DNA from: Octopus vulgaris
Taxonomy: Eukaryota
Direction: 5' to 3'
NCBI GenBank assembly: GCA_951406725.2
Contig: OX597836.1
Location: forward strand, 25,792,001 to 25,856,000
Length of the DNA stretch: 64,000 nt
Within the stretch, counting starts at the first letter, position 1. Every line of letters begins with the position of its first letter. The notes beneath the pieces were generated by a model. The model did not search any database and was not told the origin of the DNA. It saw only the letters and a program-made list of their open reading frames with translations. Shown one piece after another: positions 54,318-64,000 of the stretch. A program made the translations under genes and the position numbers.

Positions 54318-55375
54318 TGGGAGTGAGAGCGGAAGAGAGAGAAAGAGAGAGAGAAAGTGAGAGAGATAGACTGTTAAAAGGGAAGAGCGAAAGGGAGAGA
54401 GTGAAACAGTGAAGGGGAAGAGAGAAAACGGTGAGTGTGTATCAGAGTGAGAGAGAGAGAGAGACTGAGAGTGGGTGTGAGAGAAGAGAAGGATGAGAGA
54501 GAGAGGGGGAGGGAGAGAGATAAGGTAAGACAAAGGATGAGAAAAATAGATTGAGTGAGAAAGAAAGAGATGTGTGACTCAAATTCAAAGACTGGTTTTA
54601 TGAATCGAAGCACAACTGAACACATGACAGGCAAGTATATAAACAGGAAAGAGGGACGGGTCAATTAAGATGAAAGAGAGAGAGACAGAGAGACAGTGAG
54701 GGAGAGAGACGAGAGAGGGAGAGAGAGACGGTGAGGGAGAGAGAGACGGTGAGGGAGAGAGAGACGGTGAGGGAGAGAGAGACGGTGAGGGAGAGAGGGA
54801 GGGGAGAGAGGGGGAGAGAGTGACAAATGTGACAGTAAGAAAGAGAAAGAACAACACAAAGAGAATGAAGAGAAAGACGGAGAGGGAGAGAAAGACGGAG
54901 AGGGAGAGAAAGACGGAGAGGGAGAGAAAGACGGAGAGGGAGAGAGGAGAGAGGGAGGGAAAGAGAGGGAAGGGAGAGAGGGAAAGAGACAGAAAGATAG
55001 AGAGAACAACACAGAGAGAATGAAAGAGAGAGAGGGAAGAGAGGGAAAGAGATGGAAGGAGGGGAGAGAGAGAGGCAAAGAGACAGACAGACAGAGAGAA
55101 CAACACAGAGAAGATGAAAGAGAGAGCGAGAGAAGTAGGGAGAGGAAAGAGAGGGAGAGAGAGAAAGAGACTGAGACACTGAGAGAAAGAGCCAAAGGGA
55201 CAGACATAGAGAGAGAAAGACTGACTGAGAGAGAACGACACAGAGAGAATGAAGAGAGAGAGAGAGTGGGGAGAAAGAGGGAGAGAGAACGACACAGAGA
55301 GAATGAAGAGAGAGAGAGAGGGGGAGAAAGAGGGAGAGAGAACGACACAGAGAGAATGAAGAGAGAGAGAGAAAG
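54318..55375. repeat. ~1-kb polypurine (GA-rich) tract with 18-bp tandem units
   Basis: gagagagacggtgaggga x4 (~54721-54792) and aaagacggagagggagag x3-4 (~54873-54940). Confidence 0.9.
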
Positions 55376-56429
55376 ACTAAATTAGCGAACAGTATGGCGA
55401 CAAAGTACCAATTAACGACTCACTGAACAAATTAAAGTACATTAACGGTAGAGAAAGAACAGCTTAATGAATCAACGAGGGAACCTCTCTATGGTCGTTT
55501 AATGTGTTAGAAATACCAATCAAGTTTGCCTCAAATTACATCGTAGTGTCTTAAAATATGGGGGGAACATTTGATAATGTAGTCCCAGATAAACTATGTT
55601 CCAGAACCATTCTGGATGATCATGGTTGTAAACTCTGTGATCATTCAGGACAGGACTTGGAGTTATCTTCTTTTTTCATTATCATAATCATCGATATTGT
55701 AGTCTTCAGCCTCCTCCTCCTCATCATCATCATCATCGTCGTCGCCGTTGTCTCATCACCGCCGCCGCCGTCGCCGCCACCACTACCACCGTCTCAACCG
55801 TCGTTGTCATTATCAACAACAAAAGTAGCTACAACCGCAAATACACACCTGAAGTGACTCGTGGGGACAGGAATAAGTCAATAGCTCAGCTAAAAATAAC
55901 AGCTAAATTTCCTTGAAAACCATAACCTACCGTCTTCCACACGTTACACCTTCTGCTACACACACACACACACACACACACATTGATTTCCCCTATTGTC
56001 CTATGACTACCATTACTGCCCTTCCTCCTCCCAGTTAGCTACTGGCATAGACTCTCCGTGACCCCTCCCACCCAACAAAACACAAATGTTAAAGTAAAAC
56101 GACTCACATAGTTTGTTGTGTCTTGAGAGGGTTATTACGCCAATGATCCTAAACACACGCACTGATTCAATATCACTTGTTTATTGTAAGTCAATCGGTT
56201 AAACATCTTAGCAAGTAACTAACTAATCGATTGTTTGTTTACTGTGCTGCTTAAGCAATCAGTCGGTTGTTTGTGAGTCAAAGTCCTTTCGTCGCTATTC
56301 GTAACCATACACAGCGGAACTGCTGACAGGATGGACATTGACCTTTGCCTTCAGACATCCATCACATAAAAGCCAATTTGGATCCGGTTGGTTGGGTAGT
56401 TAAGAATTTTATTTGAAAACCATGGGGTC

Positions 56430-56680
56430 TCTGGACCTAGTTGTGCGGAGTGTTGGACTCATCATCGTAAGAATGTCGATTCAATTCCTGGACCGGGTGA
56501 CAAGTTGTATTCTTGAGCAAGTCACTTCATTTCACATTCCTCCAGTTCACTCGGCTGCCAAAAATGAGTAACCCTGCGACGGATTGGCATCCTGTCCAGG
56601 AAGGGAATTTGCACGCCATGGAAACCGGGGAACTGGCCCTTATGAGTCGACATGACTCGAGAAGGTAAACTTTACCTTTT
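56430..56680 (+). mobile_element. SINE family B-type head with an alternative 3' half
   Basis: ttgtattcttgagcaagtcacttc...ctccagttcactcggctg..aaatgagt, then aaccctgcgacggattggcatcctgtccagg. Confidence 0.7.
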
Positions 56681-56741
56681 CTTTTATGGAGTCCCTGCTT
56701 CTACTCCGCAGTGAAGCATCTTCGATAAACGTCGTTTTAAT

Positions 56742-57390
56742 ATTGGTTTTAAAGTTTGGCACAAGATCAATAGGTTCGGGGCAAGGGATCAAGTTGACTA
56801 CATCCACCCCTACCAGTGCTCAACTGATACTTGTTTTATCGAACCCGAAAGGATGAAAGGCAAAGACGACCTCAGCGGAATTTGAACTCAGAACGTAAAG
56901 ACGGACGGACAAAATGCCGCTAAATATTTATTTCTTTATTGCGCACAGGGGGATAAACATAGAGGGGGCAAACAAGGACAGACAAAGGGATTAATGTGGT
57001 TATACCGACCCCAGTGTGTAACTGGTACTTATTTGATCGACCCCGAAATAATGAAAGGCAAAGTCGACCGCAGGGGAAATTTGAACTCAGAACGTAAAGA
57101 CGGACAGACGAAATACCGCTAAATATTTTACCCGGTGCGTTGACGAGTTTGCCAGCTCACCGTCCTTAAACGTCTTCTAATACTGATTCCAAATTTTGGC
57201 ACAAAGCCAGCAAGTTCGCGTAAGGGGCTAAGTCGGTTAAATCGACCCTGATCCTGGTTTGATCGACCTTGGAAGGATGAAAGACAAAATCGACCTCGGC
57301 GGAATTTGAACTCGGAATGTAAGGACAAACGAAATGCCGCTAAGCATTTCGCTCTGCGTGCAACCAATTCTGCCAGCTCGCTGCCTTTAA
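56742..57390 (-). mobile_element. Three tandem or nested SINE family A copies
   Basis: Central domain at ~56835, ~57035 and ~57265. Confidence 0.85.
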
Positions 57391-57717
57391 CCGTCTTTTA
57401 ATATTGTCTCGAGCTGACCCATGGATTGAACTCCAAAATTGGTAAAGGCGAGTTAAATCGAAAATGAATTTTGTTGCCAGTAAAGATGCGACATAAAAGA
57501 TATAAAACCAGAATCAAGAAATAAAGAATATTTTGTGAATTTGTAGTGTTCCAATGCATTTCGTTTTGAGTTTAAAGTGTAAAAATATATTTTTGATTAA
57601 TAAATACGAAATGAAGAGCGTTAAAATAAGAACCATAAAGCAACTTAAAAATAATAAAAACCGTTAAAAATTTAATGACTTTTAACATTGACGATGTAAA
57701 TAGCTAATATATATACA

Positions 57718-57797
<80 letters not shown>

Positions 57798-58131
57798 TGT
57801 ATGTATGTATGTATGTATGTATGTATGTATGTATGTTTGTAGGTATGTATATATTGTAAGTTAAAGTATAAAATCAGTTAAAACAATGAACACTCATGAA
57901 AGAAGGAAAAGTGGTATATAAAGAATTAAAATATTGACTTAATATATTTTATATGATTATAAACTAATTTTATGAAGCTCGGCAAAGATTAATGTTTGAA
58001 GTTTCTTCGTGCACTGAATAAATCGTTCATTATTCAACGTGAGTTTCGAGATGAGCAAAAACTAGAAGAGATGATTAATCAATCATGAAGCTTAATAAAA
58101 ATATCTAAATAAAATATGATAATAATAATGA

Positions 58132-58212
<81 letters not shown>

Positions 58213-58656
58213 GTATTTAGCTGAAAATATGAAGATGAAAAATGGCGGCAGAAGTGAGTGTATATAACGTGTGGATGTTATAGATAAAACTTTTCTAAAA
58301 TTTACACCGTAGTGTCGAGTGATGTTCGGATGAGATTTTCACGAGGGCCTTGAAAGTAATTGTTTCTCGGTGAGGCAAGAAGGTTTGATATTTTGAGGGG
58401 AGGGATGTTAAGAAATTTAAATCAATTCCAGTGCTTGAATGATATTTTATATTATCGATCTGCGAAGAATTGTAAGGCTAAGTTGACCTCTGCATGATTT
58501 GAGCTCAAGAAATTAATGAACTAGAACAAATCCCTTTTTTTTTAGCATCATCATTTCTGCCAACAAGTTGCTCCTTGACATTGAAATAATAAACATTAAT
58601 AAATCGGAAACTTATATCCGCTAAACGTCTTATAAATATTAATTATTCTGGCATAG

Positions 58657-58715
<59 letters not shown>

Positions 58716-59020
58716 CTAAACATCAGCAAAAATACCTTAGGAATGAGAAGCCAGTGTTGGGTTCAAAATTCTACCAGGACACTTGATGAAGGCTTCAGTA
58801 TATTTCTAGTGACAGTGTATGTACAGTTTATGATGGTGTGAAGCAAGGTCACTGTAAAACTGACCAATTCATTGTTAATTACATTGCCAATCTTTAGAAC
58901 CGTCTTTAAATGTACACCACTGACAAAATCTCTAATAGATGTCATCCAATCCATAGAGAAAGAAGGAGGAAGAGATAAAGAGAGATAAAGAGAGAGAAAC
59001 AGAGAGAGAGATAAAGATAG

Positions 59021-59052
<32 letters not shown>

Positions 59053-59943
59053 CGAGAGAGAGAGGGAGAGAGAGAGAGAGAGAGAGAATATGTAGTAAGT
59101 GCATGTGATTGTACGTATTTCTTTATGCTTCTTAGTAAGAGGACGGACAGCTGGAGAAATCTTCAGAGGAAGGAATGCCGTCCAGCAATTGTTTCGGCTT
59201 GTTGGTTTCCGATACCCTAGGGGCCACCTAATTCAACACTCCAACTGTTTTCGAAATGCTACCGGTAGTGGGCCTTGAAATGAAAACCTGCAGGGGATCT
59301 TATTTCCATGAATTGTAATGTATGCCATTCGGTGACGACAACCACTGAAAAAAAAATGAATTTATGTGTGAATCTAATTAAATCTGGGTTTTCCTCCAAC
59401 TATTCTTTACTTAAAGCTTTTGGTATCCTTTTTCTGCTCCAGCGATCATTTCGCTCTACTCATAGCCACATACGGCTCTGGCGGGCGTTTCATCGTAGCT
59501 GTTCTTCCGCGATCTTTGGTTCAGATCTGACCTAATACTTAAATTTAGCAGGTGGAAAGAGAAGGGTGTAAACTTATTCCAAATCAGTCACACATACTCA
59601 CAATTTATCGTCTGCTATATGTGTTTAAAGGGCGTGTGTTGTGTTGGTTGTACAAAGCAATCGGTGTGTTTGTAATGGTAAGAGATTGATAGAGAAATTT
59701 AAATATGTCTATCATCAAATACTCTGTTTCATACACAGCTGCATTTGATACCAAATATCAAATAGTGTGTTTACAATATCTGTAAATCTCCTGTCCTAAA
59801 ATTTATGTAAATATATATTTATCAGAAATATAATGAGTTGAAAAAAGTGTTGAATCTTATCTTAAATACAACAAACATATAGCGCGTAAGGTTTTTTAAA
59901 ACTAAATTGACAAGTAGGTTTTTTTTCACTGTCTATTCAACAA

Positions 59944-60528
59944 TTAATCCTTTACCATTCAGATTACTCTGTCAAATGTAATGTCTCTTTATTCACCTTA
60001 TTTTGAATTAATCATGCATTATCTCATGGCTTTTTAGTAGAGTACAGACCTGACTAAAACATGCCACGAACAACACCTTATCAACATGTCAGAACCTCAA
60101 CTGATAAGAAGTATTACCCTTTAGCATTCAGATTACTCTGTCAAATCTTCTTCATCCACATTGTCTTGAATCGATCATGCATTATCTCGCAGCTTCGAGA
60201 TTTCATTGATGTGATTGCATATTTTTAGAATGGCGTCGTAGAGCAGAAGTGAGAAGCTGAATTTGGTCAGGTTTAACATAAAGCAGGTGGAAAATTCGGA
60301 GCTGGATATGACAGGCTTAAATGCCTTTAACAATCAGATTATTGTATCAAACGTATTGCTTATTTATTTCCATTGCTTTGAATTAACCATGCATTATCTC
60401 GTAGCTTCGAGATTTGATGATGAAATTATTTATTTCTAGAATGACATTGTATGTAGGTATGAGAGACTGGATTGATTCAGCTGCTTTGAACACAAAACAA
60501 GAATAATTTGTAGATCAAATAGAGTTAA
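59944..60528 (+). mobile_element. Three tandem degraded copies of a MITE with TTAA-CCCT-like ends (piggyBac-like)
   Basis: Block cattcagattactctgtcaaat...tttgaattaatcatgcattatctc recurs at ~59956, ~60125 and ~60333. Termini ttaatccttt, ttacccttt and agagttaa. Confidence 0.6.
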
Positions 60529-61026
60529 ACTCCTCAGTAATTCGTTTGATAATTTTAGTCATAGGAAATATATGTCTAAAAACTATAAGCTATCAGCATT
60601 AGACCGTAATAGTTTCGATGAAACTGTCTTCCATTCAACGTCTGATTCACTTCTGAATGTCGGCAGGTTGATGAAGTCCAATTTTGGTGATCAGTGAATA
60701 CACTTCACTGAATATTTATATATATATATATATATTTACAAAGTCTAGACAGGTATCTTCAGCTGCAGGCCATGCTACTCAAGACTGATGACAAGCAAGA
60801 CTCAGAAACATGTCTATGGATGCAGGCCTAGCTTTTGGGGGTGCTTGTCTCCCCTTTGTAAACATAAGAACACAGGAATTGTCAAGGGCGACAAGAAGCA
60901 TTGATGCTTCCTAGGGCTAAATAGCGGTGGTGTGATTCCCTTTATGTGATTGCCACGTTAAGTTGACAGTATACAACTGCTCTCTCTCTCTCTGTTCTTG
61001 TCCCAGTTTGTATTTTTTACATATCC

Positions 61027-61090
<64 letters not shown>

Positions 61091-61131
61091 CCTATCTAAC
61101 TAGTTAGGTATATGTATATGTATACACATAC

Positions 61132-61340
61132 TTTTATTCTTTTATTTGTTTCAGCCATTTGACTGTGGCCATGCTGGAGCAACGCATTTAGTCAAAGAAG
61201 TCGACACCAGAACGTTTTCACTGTAGGCCTAGTACTTATTCTATCGGTGTCTTTTGCTAAACCCATCAGTTACGGGGGACGTAAACACACCAACATCGGT
61301 TGTCAAGTGATGGTGAGCAGGACAAAGACACAAACATATA
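61132..61340 (-). mobile_element. SINE family D 3' half
   Basis: Matches the 48090 copy. Confidence 0.85.
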
Positions 61341-61609
61341 CATATATACATATATTTATGCATACATACATATATATATATTACATATTTTATATGTATA
61401 TATGTATATATATATATATATGTGTGTATAAATATACATACATATGTACACAGATATACGCACGCGCACACACACACATATATATATATATATTATATAT
61501 ACATATATACTTTCATAAGTATATGCATAAGCAGACACACACATATATATATATACATACATGCACACACATACACACACAAACAATTACGTGTTCAGGC
61601 GTCTGTGTA

Positions 61610-61682
<73 letters not shown>

Positions 61683-61847
61683 TTGTGTGTGTAACGATAT
61701 ATATGTGCATAGTTAAATTCGATGTGAAGTAAACTGTAGGTTGGTATATATATATACATATGTAACAATATCTACCATTTCTATGGCTTCCTTTTTCAGG
61801 AAGAGAAGCGACAATAAATGGCGTCTCAAAGAAACCTTTCCCCAACC

Positions 61848-61885
<38 letters not shown>

Positions 61886-62195
61886 CACTCACACAAACAA
61901 GCACACATACTCACACACGTGCACACACACAGATACACATTGGCTAATACATTCACATATATATATATGCAGAAATATGAGTGTGTGTGTGTGTCTGAGA
62001 ATATATACATACATACGTATCCATATATATGTACACACACACACACACATACACAAACGCAAACACGCGCGCGCACACATCATGGCTATATCAAAAATCA
62101 ATACTTTAATATTTCTAAAGTTTTTTTTTTCTTCTCTTCCTTGGTTTTTCTCTACCACCATTATGACGAGATACGATTACGAAATGAAATGAATA

Positions 62196-62256
<61 letters not shown>

Positions 62257-62750
62257 GTAATGTAGAATCGGGTATTCGATGGAAAAACCTATATATGTAT
62301 GAAAGTATGAAAGACATGTGTTGTATTCTATAGTAATTGCAAAAATCTTTCATCAAATCACTTATGTTGGCAGATAAAGGAATAACTATTCCATCTGTTT
62401 ACAGTTTTAGATTTCTTCAATTTTTGGTTTCAAGCAATGAAGGGAAGTGAGTCGGTAGGGGGGGGGTTGTACAGTAGGGAATAGAAAGCTGCCGCGGGTA
62501 CGATGAATCGGAATGGGAGGAGGAAGGGGAGGAAGAGGAAGTAGAGGAGGGAAAGGTTTTGTGAGAAAGAAACGTAGATAGATAGATAGATAGACAGAAA
62601 GACAGGCAAACAGACAGAGAGACAGACAGACAGACAGACGGCTAGATACATAGAAAGATAGATTGATAGATAAATAGATAGACAGAAAGACAGGCAAACA
62701 GACAGAGAGACAGACAGATAGACAGCTAGCTAGCTAGCTAGCTAGCTAGC

Positions 62751-62837
<87 letters not shown>

Positions 62838-62842
62838 ATAAA

Positions 62843-63119
<277 letters not shown>

Positions 63120-63256
63120 AACATGATTACACATAATCAACGGATGGAGACAGACTGAACTACGGAAGGAGGAATGGAACAGCTTTCGAAAAATATGATT
63201 GAATGGATAACATGATACCATTATCATGAATAATAGATATAACACCAGCACCACCA

Positions 63257-63465
<209 letters not shown>

Positions 63466-63793
63466 TGAGTATTTTTTACGTGAATTCATTGGGAAAATAG
63501 AAATGTGTACAATATGTCTATGGATTGTACGTACATACATACATAGACACATATGGAAAGAGAGAGCGAGAGGTTGAGGAAGACATAGGGAGAGAAAGAG
63601 AGAGGGAGAGAGGGAAAGAGAGAGAAAGACAGACGGAGAGGGACATACGCAATGCAATATAAATAATTCTATGCATTTCAGAACGAAAAGATGAAATGAT
63701 TGGAAATACAAATTTGAAATTAGTTACATGTGAAAAGAACTCCTCTCTCACACCTCGTGTATACGTATATACACATTACTATGTATACAGCGT

Positions 63794-64000
63794 GGAGGTG
63801 CAATGGTCCAACTGTTAGGGCAGTGGACTCGTGGTCGTAAGATCGTGGTTTCGACTCCCAGACCAGGCATTCTGAGTGTTTATTGAGCGAAAACATCTAA
63901 AGCCCCACGTGGCCCCGCCCGGGGGTTAATGGCAAACCCTGCTGCACTCTTTCACCACATCTTTCTCTTACCCTTTTTTCTCTGTTTCTGCTGTGCCTCT
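63794..64000 (+). mobile_element. SINE family C, diverged copy, runs off the window end
   Basis: ggaggtgcaatggtcc...gtttcgactcccagacc...tgtttattgagcgaaaaca. Confidence 0.8.

Noticed and set aside
54721-54940. Regular 18-bp repeats (CRISPR-like periodicity)
   Set aside because: Head-to-tail with no unique spacers, low complexity, eukaryotic context
60781-60820. CUGAUGA...GAAACAUGUC hammerhead-like core
   Set aside because: Core and palindromic ACAUGU are present but stems I and II do not pair; at best a decayed copy

Overview
AT-rich, microsatellite-saturated animal genomic DNA. The SINE families and the density of (TA)n/(CA)n/(TAA)n/(GAT)n/(TATG)n repeats point to an octopod cephalopod such as Octopus (inference from recall, not a database result). 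No host protein-coding gene can be supported, so the window looks intronic or intergenic. Almost all ORFs in the supplied track are translations of microsatellites. The real content is transposon-derived: (1) R4/Dong-clade restriction-like-endonuclease (RLE) retrotransposon pieces, including a near-intact RT ORF at 1-1899, with three pieces abutting (TAA)n in the same polarity; (2) Penelope-like RT and GIY-YIG remnants, plus short microsatellite-embedded elements carrying minimal type-I hammerhead ribozyme folds, one apparently intact at 41504-41549; (3) Tc1/mariner, pogo/Tigger, hAT and piggyBac-like DNA transposon remnants; (4) RTE and CR1-like LINE fragments; (5) at least four tRNA-derived SINE families. 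Other notable structures are several 60-70 bp near-perfect fold-back hairpins beside TA/TAA tracts and a local duplication containing a templated insert copied from 7.8 kb upstream. Coordinates were read by eye and boundaries of degraded elements are approximate.
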